DNA from: a virus
Lineage: Duplodnaviria > Caudoviricetes
DNA: 64,000 nucleotides
Strand: one strand, 5' to 3'
IMG/VR virus record: IMGVR_UViG_3300020577_007133
Coordinates: 1 to 64,000 of that record
Shown here: positions 1 through 9,261 of the stretch, one piece after another
Position numbering within the stretch: the first letter of the stretch is position 1
How the letters are laid out: every line of letters starts with the position of its first letter
Position numbers and translations under genes: made by a program
Notes under the pieces: model-generated
Told to the model about the DNA's origin: nothing
Seen by the model: the letters and a program-made list of their open reading frames with translations, nothing else
Database searches by the model: none

Positions 1-157
1 TAAGGCAACTTGTTCAAAAGATTACAGAGTAATTTGGTTAAAAGAGGAATATCCCCCCTATTGGGATGAAGGTTTAAACTTCAAAAAAGGTCATTCATCG
101 ATTAAGTACAGAAGTTATAAAACTTGGAAGTACAACCGAAAAACTCAATGGAAATAG
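1..157 (+). CDS. 3' end of small basic hypothetical protein (partial; ...SYKTWKYNRKTQWK*)
   Basis: Open frame from position 2 to TAG at 155-157. Confidence 0.6.
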   Translation, partial: KATCSKDYRVIWLKEEYPPYWDEGLNFKKGHSSIKYRSYKTWKYNRKTQWK

Positions 158-259
158 TATTCACGGGGATTGGAGTCCGTGTTAGGTAAGTCACTTTTGG
201 GTACATCTGCAGTAGAACTCCCATAAAACTAACACCTTGTGTGAATACTAAAATTAAAA

Positions 260-439
260 TGTGTTGTTCCCGATACGGTACGCAAACCGTTATAAGATGA
301 GGGGTACTAAAAATTAGAGTATAAGTTCTCTACAACACAGAGGTGTTCTTAACCTCAAAGCCGTGTTGTTCCCGTGAGAAAGGAAAGATACAGGTGTTAT
401 GGAAAATTACGTAACCAACACAGAGGAGTTCTCAACCTC
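260..439 (+). ncRNA. Two tandem related structured RNA units
   Basis: Both start GTGTTGTTCCCG, close with CAACAC and are followed by hairpin GAGG-NGTTCTNAA-CCTC (260-356, 363-439). Confidence 0.55.
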
Positions 440-443
440 AAAA

Positions 444-492
444 TGAGGTTCAGGTTGACGTGGTCGTAAAACGGTGAAAGTTTCCAACCTCA
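444..492 (+). ncRNA. Small three-way-junction RNA motif, copy 1
   Basis: Core AGGTTGAC..GTCGTAAAACG..AGTTTCC recurs at 29402-29460 with a different closing stem. Confidence 0.55.
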
Positions 493-632
493 AAATTAAA
501 TGGGGGGTAATACCAAGAATGAGAATGTTATGGGGTAACCTATATCGATGGTGTAATTCTCGGGTCTCCCATTTAATTAAAAAAATAATCTAAAAACTAC
601 GAACTTTTTTATAAATCCGTATATTTATTATT

Positions 633-1055
633 ATGGAAACAAAAGTATGTACATCCTGTAAAATTGAAAAACCAATAGAACAATTTTTATGGAAAAATAA
701 AGAAAAAGGTATTAGACATTATCCGTGTGGTGAATGTTATAAAGAAATACGAAAAAAAAGTTACGAGAAAAATAAAGATTATTATTTGAATAAAAATCGT
801 AAACGTAAAGAAAGTATTAATGATTGGTATAATGAGTTTAAGAAAGGAAAGAAATGTCATTTTTGTGATGAATCTGAACCGGTATGCTTAGACTTTCACC
901 ATTTAGATGGTACAACAAAAGAGTATAATATTGGAAGTATGGCTTATTCAACCTACTCAATTGATACTATAATGAAAGAAGTAGATAAATGTGTTATTTT
1001 GTGTTCTAATTGTCATAGAAAAGTTCACGCTAACATATTGAAATTGTCTCCATAG
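633..1055 (+). CDS. HNH-family endonuclease with N-terminal Cys/Zn motifs
   Basis: CHFC..LDFHH..LCSNCHRKVH; stop codon lies inside downstream tRNA-Arg. Confidence 0.8.
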   Translation: METKVCTSCKIEKPIEQFLWKNKEKGIRHYPCGECYKEIRKKSYEKNKDYYLNKNRKRKESINDWYNEFKKGKKCHFCDESEPVCLDFHHLDGTTKEYNIGSMAYSTYSIDTIMKEVDKCVILCSNCHRKVHANILKLSP

Positions 1056-1118
1056 TTTAATTGGAAAAACACTTGAATACGAATCAAGAGACCGGGAGTT
1101 CGACTCTTCCTGGGGACA
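1046..1118 (+). tRNA. tRNA-Arg(ACG)
   Basis: Cloverleaf; CTTGA-ATACGAA-TCAAG; GTTCGA T-loop. Confidence 0.85.
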
Positions 1119-1197
1119 CAAAAAAATCGTCCCGGTAACACGGGTTAAGTGACAGGGTGCCCGTCACGATAGGTTAAGCGATGTCCTATCAATTTAT

Positions 1198-1269
1198 GCG
1201 GGTGAGGCTGAGGTAGCCGGTAAGACTCCAAATCTTATGTTCGAGTAGATTCGATTTCTACCATCCGCG
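1198..1269 (+). tRNA. tRNA-Trp(CCA)
   Basis: TAAGA-CTCCAAA-TCTTA anticodon arm; GCGGGTG/CATCCGC acceptor. Confidence 0.85.
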
Positions 1270-1276
1270 CTAAAAT

Positions 1277-1366
1277 GGAGAATAGTCTAATATTGGTTTG
1301 TAGTGGCATCCTGCTAAGATGTTCCGGGTAAAACCGGTGAGGGTTCGATTCCCTTGTTCTCCACCA
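1277..1366 (+). tRNA. tRNA-Ser(GCT)
   Basis: GCATC-CTGCTAA-GATGT, long variable arm, encoded CCA. Confidence 0.9.
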
Positions 1367-1379
1367 TAAACATTTTTGT

Positions 1380-1408
1380 ACTTTTACAAAAGATTGTGAT
1401 ATTTATAG
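1380..1408 (+). promoter_or_regulatory. phage late promoter ACTTT-N13-14-ATATTTAT, representative copy
   Basis: TATTTAT precedes most structural and endonuclease genes on both strands. Confidence 0.7.
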
Positions 1409-1420
1409 TAAAAGGGTAAA

Positions 1421-2068
1421 ATGGGAAGAAAAAAACCTCATATACATTACATATACAAAACAACGTGTGATGTTACAAAGAGATATTATATCGGAATGCA
1501 CAGTACTACCAATTTAGAAGATGGTTATTTGGGTAGTGGTAAAAGATTACGACATTCTATTAGAAAATATGGTAAAGAAAACCATACAAAAGAAATTTTG
1601 GAATTTTTATCGACAAGAGAAGAATTAGTTATTCGAGAATCGGAAATTGTTAATAATATTTTGTTAGAAGATGTTTTGTGTATGAATTTGAAACCTGGAG
1701 GTCAAGGTGGGTTTATTAGTGAAGAACAACAAAGACATCGTTCAATTTGTGCAAATAAAAAACTTAATGAAAAATTAAAAAACGATAATATATTCAAAAA
1801 AAATTGGGTGTCTAAATTAAAGAATGGTTTAGTTAATAGTCATAATAATAAAAAATATAATAATTTAGAAAATTATAGTTGGTTAGGTAAAACACATTCA
1901 GAAGAATCTAAAAAGAAAATGTCCGATTCATCCAAAGGACAAGGTTCCGGAGTAACAAACTCTCAATTTGGTACTTGTTGGGTAACTAATGGTGTTGATA
2001 ATAAAAAAATAAACAAAGGAAGTGTAATACCTAATGGTTGGTGGTTAGGTAGAATTATAAAAAAATGA
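1421..2068 (+). CDS. GIY-YIG homing endonuclease (Seg-like, NUMOD3)
   Basis: YIYKTT..YYIGMH..YLGSG; GKTHSEESKKKMS repeat. Confidence 0.85.
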   Translation: MGRKKPHIHYIYKTTCDVTKRYYIGMHSTTNLEDGYLGSGKRLRHSIRKYGKENHTKEILEFLSTREELVIRESEIVNNILLEDVLCMNLKPGGQGGFISEEQQRHRSICANKKLNEKLKNDNIFKKNWVSKLKNGLVNSHNNKKYNNLENYSWLGKTHSEESKKKMSDSSKGQGSGVTNSQFGTCWVTNGVDNKKINKGSVIPNGWWLGRIIKK

Positions 2069-2072
2069 AGTT

Positions 2073-2276
2073 ATGAAGGTATTTGAGACAAAAGAATTTA
2101 TTAAAGAATTGGATAGAATGGGTGTGGTTTATACAATAGATTCAAATCCAAGTCCTGAAAAAATTGAAAAAATAAAAAAGAGTATAGAAAAAAGAGACGA
2201 GAGATTACGTCAAATGAGAGAGGATTATCGTTCAGGTAAATTTGACGATGTGATTAAGTCATTAAAGAATAATTAG
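2073..2276 (+). CDS. hypothetical protein
   Basis: ORF directly after previous gene. Confidence 0.6.
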   Translation: MKVFETKEFIKELDRMGVVYTIDSNPSPEKIEKIKKSIEKRDERLRQMREDYRSGKFDDVIKSLKNN

Positions 2277-2387
2277 TTCCCTCGCTTGTTCCGTCAAAGG
2301 GTATAAATGAGACATCGATTAACGGAACCCCAAATGGAGTCCTTGCCTTAGTAGGATAAAGATGTTATAAACTCAACTAATTAAATA

Positions 2388-2459
2388 CAGGGTGTATTCT
2401 CGGGGTGAGAAGCCTGCATTGGAGGCAGGAGGCGGAGAGTTCGACCCTCTCCACCCTGA
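2388..2459 (+). tRNA. tRNA-Pro(TGG)
   Basis: CCTGC-ATTGGAG-GCAGG; CAGGGTG/CACCCTG acceptor. Confidence 0.85.
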
Positions 2460-2522
2460 CGATAGAAGACCGTTACTAATTCATAGAAGGGCTATTTGAC
2501 CAAAGCGTAGAATTAGAAAAAA

Positions 2523-2598
2523 CTAGATGTTGGGGAGCCCGGTACCCCGCTTGCTTTGGGAGCAAGAGAACTCGTAGGTTCGAATCCTACCATCTAGA
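2523..2598 (+). tRNA. tRNA-Pro(TGG)
   Basis: CTTGC-TTTGGGA-GCAAG; CTAGATG/CATCTAG. Confidence 0.9.
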
Positions 2599-2695
2599 CG
2601 AGGTTCAAAATACGTGAGGGTTTACAAAATTAGCGTATGGTGAGGTTTAGTAAAGTTTATACTCCCGGATGAGAGTCATCCAAATAATTTTGCCA

Positions 2696-2767
2696 CGGTA
2701 CGTAACTCAGCGGTAGAGTGCTGAACTGATACTTCAGTGGTCGATGGTTCGATTCCATCCGTACCGA
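2696..2767 (+). tRNA. tRNA-Ile(GAT)
   Basis: CTGAA-CTGATAC-TTCAG; CGGTACG/CGTACCG. Confidence 0.9.
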
Positions 2768-2773
2768 CAACAA

Positions 2774-2845
2774 TCCCCCGTAGCAGACAAGTGTGGGCAA
2801 TTGGCTTTTAACCAGTGAGGACAGGAGCGTTACCTGTCGGGGGAA
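2774..2845 (+). tRNA. tRNA-Lys(TTT), atypical T-loop
   Basis: ATTGG-CTTTTAA-CCAGT; TCCCCCG/CGGGGGA; T-loop AGCGTTA. Confidence 0.8.
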
Positions 2846-2881
2846 CAAATAAAAAGAATGTTTAATTAAAAATCAAAAGTC

Positions 2882-3388
2882 GTGAGTAAGTACGGAAAAA
2901 CATTGGTTTTGGATTCAAGTTTTATACCAAGGTCTATTATAAATACTGATAGGGCTTTTGTAATAAGTTATAAGGGTAATGCTGATGTCATTGCCGAACA
3001 TCCGGAATCATTCAAATTAATTAACCCTGAATTGGATATTAAAAAACCATCAATTATCAGGGTTTTTAAGTATGTGAATCAACCGATTCAAAAAGTTCCT
3101 TTATCAAGAGAAAATGTTTATCGAAGAGATGGGTACACTTGTGTTTATTGTGGGTGTGACAATCGTAAAACCCTAACTTTGGACCACGTAATACCCCAAT
3201 CTAAGGGAGGTAAAGACACTTGGGATAACTTGGTTACCGCTTGTAGAAGATGTAACAGTGAGAAGTCCAATTTGACTTTGGAAGAATACGGAAAAGAAAT
3301 TCCTCAACCTAGACGACCACATTATTTAATGTTGATGAGACAGGTTCATTACATTCCGGAAGAATGGGAACCATATTTATTATTTTAA
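2882..3388 (+). CDS. HNH endonuclease (McrA-like)
   Basis: RDGYTCVYCG..TLDHVIPQSKGG..NLVTACRRCNSEK. Confidence 0.9.
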   Translation: MSKYGKTLVLDSSFIPRSIINTDRAFVISYKGNADVIAEHPESFKLINPELDIKKPSIIRVFKYVNQPIQKVPLSRENVYRRDGYTCVYCGCDNRKTLTLDHVIPQSKGGKDTWDNLVTACRRCNSEKSNLTLEEYGKEIPQPRRPHYLMLMRQVHYIPEEWEPYLLF

Positions 3389-3395
3389 AAAAAGT

Positions 3396-3426
3396 TTTGG
3401 TAGTTTAAAATTTATCCATATCTTTG
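3396..3426 (+). promoter_or_regulatory. Bacteroidota housekeeping-sigma promoter (TTTG..TAnnTTTG), representative copy
   Basis: TTTGGTAG..TATCTTTG; similar elements near 9316, 9571, 9826, 10820, 14170, 21108, 25557, 27065, 28337, 28488, 29296, 29488 and on minus strand near 32884 and 37819. Confidence 0.8.
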
Positions 3427-3442
3427 TCAAAAATTAAGAGAT

Positions 3443-4285
3443 ATGGATAAATTAAAATTAATGTTTCAGGAGAATTGGAAATCAATATTGTTTTCTTATT
3501 CGTTATTCGCAATCAATTCAGTATTGATGGTTATGTACCCAAAAATTTTAGGTAATTCGATTGACCACTTAATCGCGAAAGACTATTCGTATATTTGGTA
3601 TTTAATTGCGACATTTGTGGCGATTATGTTTTTCGGATATATCAGTAGAATTTATGATACCAAAGTATTCTCCGGGATTTATAGACGATTCGCATCAAAT
3701 GAAACTCACAATCAAATTGAGAATGGTGTTGAAACAACAAAGGTTAATGGTAGATTAACGTTGATGCACTACATCGTTCAGTTTTTTGAACGAGATATGT
3801 TGGTTGTATTACAGACAATTATTGGTATTGTTGGTGCTATTTATTTCTTATCAATGGTGAGTTTGACAATTGTTGGATTTTTAGTTATAACAACCATTTT
3901 AATTTTGGGTGTGACGGCATATTATTCTCCGAAGATTGCAAATATCACTAGTCAATATAATGATTTATCTGAAGAACAAACTGATGTTATTGGAACGAGA
4001 AACATCTCATCAATAAATAATTTGTTAAGACGAGGTCAAAAACTCTCACTTAAAATGTCCGGATTGGACGCAAAATTCTCAATATGGATTCAGGCAATTG
4101 TGTATGGTAGTGTAACTGCGTTATTAACTTATTATGTGATGTTTAATAATGTCACGGTTGGTAGTGTGTTTTCAACGTATCGATATATGTTTGATTTCTG
4201 TAACGCTCTTCTTGGATTACCGGTAATTATTACCTCATATATCAATATTAAAGATGTTATCAATAGATTAGAAACAGAAAATTAA
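3443..4285 (+). CDS. ABC transporter six-TM domain protein (no nucleotide-binding domain)
   Basis: Six hydrophobic segments in ABC-exporter TMD spacing (..YPKILGNSIDHLI..); no Walker motifs. Confidence 0.7.
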   Translation: MDKLKLMFQENWKSILFSYSLFAINSVLMVMYPKILGNSIDHLIAKDYSYIWYLIATFVAIMFFGYISRIYDTKVFSGIYRRFASNETHNQIENGVETTKVNGRLTLMHYIVQFFERDMLVVLQTIIGIVGAIYFLSMVSLTIVGFLVITTILILGVTAYYSPKIANITSQYNDLSEEQTDVIGTRNISSINNLLRRGQKLSLKMSGLDAKFSIWIQAIVYGSVTALLTYYVMFNNVTVGSVFSTYRYMFDFCNALLGLPVIITSYINIKDVINRLETEN

Positions 4286-4289
4286 AGTT

Positions 4290-4532
4290 ATGATACCAAA
4301 GAGTGAAATGGTTGAGGGATGGTATAACGGGTTCAGTAGAAACAATCACGTCGCTTATTGGGATGGTGATAAATTTCAATATCTTCGTTATAGTTTCAAC
4401 TTTTACTTGGACACCATAGAACATTTTGAAGATGTTAAAGAAAGTGGATTTGATGGGTTTGTTCCCGTAGAAAAAATAGAAAGAATCCCAATTGATAAAC
4501 AATGGGAAATTAAAGACAAAATAGGATATTAA
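4290..4532 (+). CDS. hypothetical protein
   Basis: Tightly packed ORF. Confidence 0.7.
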   Translation: MIPKSEMVEGWYNGFSRNNHVAYWDGDKFQYLRYSFNFYLDTIEHFEDVKESGFDGFVPVEKIERIPIDKQWEIKDKIGY

Positions 4533-4533
4533 G

Positions 4534-5133
4534 ATGATAGATAACATAAAAGAAATCAAAGAATTACTGAATTTCTCGGACAAAAACGATTTCTATATGT
4601 TATACGTTTTCAAGAGAAAGAAAGACCAACCTGAAGGTGAGAGAGATAATCACCAATCGGTTAGAACAATCAAAACATATTGTATTGAGAGTATAGAACA
4701 TCTTGATAAGAGATATGATGAAATCAAACAATTATGTGAGATGTTCAAGGCAAGAGCTTACATTCACGTTCAGAAACAAAATCACGATGATGTGTCTTTG
4801 GAAATGATGATGTCGTTAGCTGAAAGAATTAAAAATGGTGTAAAAAACCAAAAGGGTTTATTTGACTCAGTTGTGGGTCAAATAAAAACACAGGAAAAAA
4901 GATGGATTGTCGATGTTGATACTACAGACCAAAAGTTTTTAATTAAAATCTTAAATGATTTAGATGACATACAACCGGTAGGTAATAAAGTTGAAAAAGT
5001 GATTCCAACAAAAAATGGTTTTCATATAATCACCGGAAAGTTTAACGTATTGGAGTTTAAGAAACTTTACCCGGACGTAGATATCCAAAAGAAAAATCCA
5101 ACACTACTTTATTTACCAAGTAGTTTAGAATAA
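4534..5133 (+). CDS. hypothetical protein, possible archaeo-eukaryotic primase (AEP)-like fold
   Basis: WIVDVD (DxD) and TKNGFHI motifs. Confidence 0.5.
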   Translation: MIDNIKEIKELLNFSDKNDFYMLYVFKRKKDQPEGERDNHQSVRTIKTYCIESIEHLDKRYDEIKQLCEMFKARAYIHVQKQNHDDVSLEMMMSLAERIKNGVKNQKGLFDSVVGQIKTQEKRWIVDVDTTDQKFLIKILNDLDDIQPVGNKVEKVIPTKNGFHIITGKFNVLEFKKLYPDVDIQKKNPTLLYLPSSLE

Positions 5134-5335
5134 TAATAAAACACATAGAAAAACAAACAAGTAAGTGCGGTATATACCCGAGACAAAATATGGAAAGTGA
5201 AAGACCCCATACCTTACAACACTCCCAAGAAGTGTTATGTTTGTTGAGTATGATAAAGTAAATAGAATGTTTCAGGGATAAGTCTTCTGCAAGTCTATGG
5301 AAATATCCCAATCTTGGTGGATGTGTTTTTTTAAT

Positions 5336-5405
5336 GGTCAGGTTGGTCGAGGAGGCCGGATGGATTGCAAACCCATCGGAGGGGGTTCGATACCCTCCCT
5401 GACCT
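5336..5405 (+). tRNA. tRNA-Cys(GCA)
   Basis: GATGG-ATTGCAAA-CCCATC region with GCA; GGTCAGG/CCTGACC; U73. Confidence 0.85.
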
Positions 5406-5444
5406 CAACAAATTTTTGAACTATTTATTAATAAATTAAAAATA

Positions 5445-5765
5445 ATGAATAAAAGTGTTTCAAAAATTAGACATATCGAAAAATCTAATGTATTATTAGA
5501 ACAACGATTTAATCCGATAGTTCCGGATGATGAGATGGACAAAACTAGTCTTTTACTATATAGAAAGATATTGGAAATGATGTCTAAATTAAAACCTAAA
5601 AAATTTAGGGATGGTGAAGAATTTATGAATGATGTCGTATTATCAACTTTAATGATGTTAAACGTTCCATTCGAAGAATTGGAAATAAAGGCCGAAAAAT
5701 TAATATCTCGATTTGGGGATATGATATTAGATTTTTATCATTCCCAAATGTCGAAAAATAAATAA
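5445..5765 (+). CDS. hypothetical late protein
   Basis: ORF preceded by TATTTAT late motif. Confidence 0.7.
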   Translation: MNKSVSKIRHIEKSNVLLEQRFNPIVPDDEMDKTSLLLYRKILEMMSKLKPKKFRDGEEFMNDVVLSTLMMLNVPFEELEIKAEKLISRFGDMILDFYHSQMSKNK

Positions 5766-5920
5766 CATAATTCTTATACCCACGAAAATGGGCTTGAACC
5801 ACCGAACGGAAAACGCGTTTCCTAATAGGGGTAATAGAGAAAATTAGATTCGGAGGCATCCGGGTTGTGTGAAAAAGTAGGGGGGTCGCCCGGCAGGGGA
5901 CCAATAAGTTTTATGTTAAA

Positions 5921-5998
5921 TGGTTAGGTGGTGCAATTGGTAGACACGTCGGTATTATAGATTAAGAGGATGTTACGGGTTCGAGTCCCGTCCTAACC
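5921..5998 (+). ncRNA. tRNA-like RNA without a canonical anticodon arm
   Basis: Perfect acceptor GGTTAGG/CCTAACC, D arm and T arm; no 5-bp stem with 7-nt loop between them. Confidence 0.65.
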
Positions 5999-6698
5999 AC
6001 AGAAGACGGAGAGTGAGCCAAGGGTTATTGACCGTTATGGTTCCTTGGGGGTCTCTCCCGAAGAAATAAAAAACAGATATATAACTTGCGTCAGTGGTAA
6101 TATGGATGTGAGGCTTGGAGTAATCAACCAAACCAAGAGACCGCCGAGGGTAGATAAGGACGTGATATCCATTATTCCCCAAGATGAGAATATCGGAAAA
6201 TCATTCTGTCTGTTTTTTTTAATTGGGTAACCTTTCCGGTGTAGCGAATCGGGCCATTCCGGTGAGAATGGTGTCATAGAATAAGGTTAATTGGAGTACA
6301 ACATATTGTAATATTTCGCGAAAAAAAGATATGTCAAGGCTCTCGGTGCGAATCCCCTGTTACCCACAAAAGTTTATCGATACGGTGAATACCGGCGATA
6401 ATCACCGTAAAAATACGGTGAAAGTAAATAAAAAGTTTAACATCTTGATGGTTGCCTATAACCAACGTATGATATAGGATAGCGTGTTGAAAGTGGTAAA
6501 CCTCGCCAATTGTAATCGATTAAGTTCAAAGGAAGATACGGCGTAGAGCATTAGGTGACGAACACGACGAAGTCCTAATCATTCCCACAAGAAGTAATTC
6601 TCAAGTAGCCCCATTACAAACCAGAGTGCGACAAAGATGTTAAATTTTTCATAAATAAATATAAAATTCCATAACAAATTGATATTTATATTATATAA

Positions 6699-6779
6699 GA
6701 GTACTGCGACCACTCAATAAAAATATTACGGAGATTTTAGAAGAACACCTTGTCGCAGAGGGTTTATTCTAACTTCTCC
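6699..6779 (+). promoter_or_regulatory. 5'-leader kissing-loop RNA of GIY-YIG gene
   Basis: Loop CTGCGAC (6704-6710) complementary to loop GTCGCAG (6752-6758). Confidence 0.55.
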
Positions 6780-6792
6780 TTTTTTATTTAAT

Positions 6793-7449
6793 ATGATAGG
6801 AATTTATAAAATAACAAGTCCTGTGGGTAGAGTTTATATCGGGCAAAGTATTGATGTTGAAAAAAGATTTAGACAATATCAAGGACTCTCACATTGTAAG
6901 AGTCAAGTAAGATTATATAACTCGTTAAAAAAACATACACCATATTCTCACATATATGAGGTATTAGAAGAATGTAGTTTTGAAGACCTTAATACCCGTG
7001 AGAGGTATTGGCAAGAACAATTTCAAGTAATGGGAAAAAAAGGATTGAATTGTAAACTAACTGCAACATCCGAACAGAAACAAGTAATGTCACAACAGGT
7101 TCGTAGTAAAATATCAAAAACTCTTACTGAGAATAATTTTTGGAAAGGTAAGTCACAATCTGAAGAACATATTAGAAAAAGAGTTGAATCACTATCAAAA
7201 CACGTTAAGACTAATGAACATAAACAAAATATATCAAAGGCTCTTAAAGGAAAACCTCTTTCTGATGAAACAAAAGTTATGATGTCCAAATCAAAAAAAG
7301 GTCAATTGAGAGACCATAACAAGCCGTTTTTTATTGACGAAATTGAATATAGAACATTGGTTGATGCTGGTCAAAAACTAAATATTCATCCTACTACTAT
7401 TAATCGTAGGTTGAAATCAGATAAATTTATTAACTATAAATATAAATAA
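6793..7449 (+). CDS. GIY-YIG homing endonuclease (NUMOD3 repeats)
   Basis: MIGIYKITSP..VYIGQS..RF; GKSQSEEH/GKPLSDETK repeats. Confidence 0.9.
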   Translation: MIGIYKITSPVGRVYIGQSIDVEKRFRQYQGLSHCKSQVRLYNSLKKHTPYSHIYEVLEECSFEDLNTRERYWQEQFQVMGKKGLNCKLTATSEQKQVMSQQVRSKISKTLTENNFWKGKSQSEEHIRKRVESLSKHVKTNEHKQNISKALKGKPLSDETKVMMSKSKKGQLRDHNKPFFIDEIEYRTLVDAGQKLNIHPTTINRRLKSDKFINYKYK

Positions 7450-7656
7450 TAAACACTCATTGTTGCCCGCTACGACCCGAGGGCGGGGTTGTTAAACTTT
7501 TTTTATTATCAATATTAATATGAATAAAATCACAATACCTCGAAGAACTTATCGTTTTCCTCTTATTATTAGGGAAATCTTTTCAATTCAAGTCCAAAAA
7601 CAACTTTACCTATCAACGAATTCGATTTGTTAGAATATTTATATTAAAAATCACAA

Positions 7657-7941
7657 ATGAAAAAATTTATTATTTCTGAAGAAGAAAAAAGAAATATTCT
7701 AAATCAATACAATATAAATGAAAATAATTTTCTAAAATTCAGATATACCGGTGACCAATATCCAACTTCCGAAATGTGTGATTGGGTTAGAAATGAAACC
7801 GAATATATGGAAGATTGGGATGAGTTAGATAGAGATTTACAAATGGATAAAATTAGAAATGATTTTTTTGATAAATTTCAAGAAGAACTAACAGATTTAA
7901 GTTATATGGAGATGTTAGATATTTTTTATAAATGTATTTAA
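7657..7941 (+). CDS. MKKFIISEEEK-family protein (putative internal head protein)
   Basis: Shared N-terminal leader; late motif upstream. Confidence 0.7.
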   Translation: MKKFIISEEEKRNILNQYNINENNFLKFRYTGDQYPTSEMCDWVRNETEYMEDWDELDRDLQMDKIRNDFFDKFQEELTDLSYMEMLDIFYKCI

Positions 7942-7943
7942 AT

Positions 7944-8339
7944 ATGAAAAAATTTATTATTTCTGAAGAAGAAAAAGACGATATATTGAATCAACATAAA
8001 GAAATTAAGGATAAACCTGAATTTCCTGAGGATAGAAGAACTTTGGATACCAATTTAAAATCATTTGATTTTACTCGTTTAAAATCTCAAGGTTTAACAC
8101 CATATTATGTTGAGACAAAATTGGGTAATAAGGTTAATATGGTTGAATTAACTAAACCAACTAAACAAGATTGGGGTACAAAACCAAAAGAAGTTTATTT
8201 ATTGACTCCGGATGAATATGAAAAAATTAAAAAATTAACGGATAATATAAATGAGATGATTGAACTCAAATTAAAACAAATTGAGTTATATAAACAATAC
8301 ATTCCGGCGGTTGCTTCAGAGATTATAAAGAAAAAATAA
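7944..8339 (+). CDS. MKKFIISEEEK-family protein
   Basis: Near-identical N-terminal DNA to 7657 gene; start at 7944. Confidence 0.7.
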   Translation: MKKFIISEEEKDDILNQHKEIKDKPEFPEDRRTLDTNLKSFDFTRLKSQGLTPYYVETKLGNKVNMVELTKPTKQDWGTKPKEVYLLTPDEYEKIKKLTDNINEMIELKLKQIELYKQYIPAVASEIIKKK

Positions 8340-8340
8340 T

Positions 8341-8757
8341 ATGAAAAAGTTAGTGATAACCGAAGAGGAAAAAAAGAATATTCTTGAACAACACTCAGAC
8401 GAACGTCAATCTAAGGAAGATAATATTATGTCTATGTTAGACCAAAATCCAAAACTTAAAGATTTAAAACAATTTGGGTTAAAATATAATGTAGGTTCAA
8501 TTAAAAATTTCTTAACTAAACAACTATCAAGAGAACATTGGAATCCGGAACATATGCCATTTCCATCAGAATTGAATATTTTGAATGTTCTTATCCAATC
8601 AAGATTAGTTAGATTTTATTTACACGAATTAATTAAAAAAAGAGGTGGTAACTATTGGTATAATTGGGAGAAAAAAATAAAAAAAGAGGATGTTGATAAC
8701 ATCCCAATCCCGGAAGCGTTATTTAACACCATAGTCCTTATTTTACAAAAGAAATAA
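8341..8757 (+). CDS. MKKLVITEEEK-family protein
   Basis: Shared N-terminal leader. Confidence 0.7.
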   Translation: MKKLVITEEEKKNILEQHSDERQSKEDNIMSMLDQNPKLKDLKQFGLKYNVGSIKNFLTKQLSREHWNPEHMPFPSELNILNVLIQSRLVRFYLHELIKKRGGNYWYNWEKKIKKEDVDNIPIPEALFNTIVLILQKK

Positions 8758-8758
8758 T

Positions 8759-9082
8759 ATGAAAAAGTTAGTTATAACTGAGGATTTAGAAAATCGAGTG
8801 ATGAATGACCAACATATTACTGATGAAATTAGTCGTAATCAAAAATTAAAAGGTCGGTCTAAATATGTTTTCAATGATAAAACACATAATTTAGAAACAT
8901 TTGGTTTAAGAAAATATAAAAGTGAATTTTACCCTCAGACAGTGTATTTTTTAACTCCGGAAGAAGTCGAATCATTCCACCAAGAAGAAATTCGAGTATA
9001 TAATTTACTTAAAAAGTTAGATAAGGCAAAAGAAACCATAATAAAATATATGGAATCTGTGGTAAGAAAAAAATTAAATTAA
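8759..9082 (+). CDS. MKKLVITE-family protein
   Basis: Shared leader; VYFLTPEE resembles VYLLTPDE of the 7944 gene. Confidence 0.7.
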   Translation: MKKLVITEDLENRVMNDQHITDEISRNQKLKGRSKYVFNDKTHNLETFGLRKYKSEFYPQTVYFLTPEEVESFHQEEIRVYNLLKKLDKAKETIIKYMESVVRKKLN

Positions 9083-9155
9083 AAAAAATCTTATCAATAC
9101 TTGACACTTTTATAAAAAGGTGTATATTTATTAGAAAATTACAATAACACAGAAA

Positions 9156-9230
9156 ATGCAAACATTAAATACAATACTATTATTAACAGGAGCGGAGGGT
9201 AGAGATACAACTCGGTCGGAGATGGTATGA
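9156..9230 (+). CDS. putative leader peptide MQTLNTILLLTGAEGRDTTRSEMV
   Basis: 24-codon ORF between late motif (about 9124) and terminator; its 3' end is complementary to the terminator 5' arm. Confidence 0.55.
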   Translation: MQTLNTILLLTGAEGRDTTRSEMV

Positions 9231-9261
9231 TGTATTGTTAAGTAAAATAATAATAACTGAT

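Noticed and set aside
260-492. CRISPR mini-array from repeated AACCTCAAA / GTGTTGTTCCCG
   Set aside because: Only 2-3 inexact copies with long structured interiors and no cas genes in the window.
1128-1190. Pistol ribozyme
   Set aside because: Hairpin plus TTAAG resembles it, but the loop pseudoknot partner and conserved 3' core are absent.
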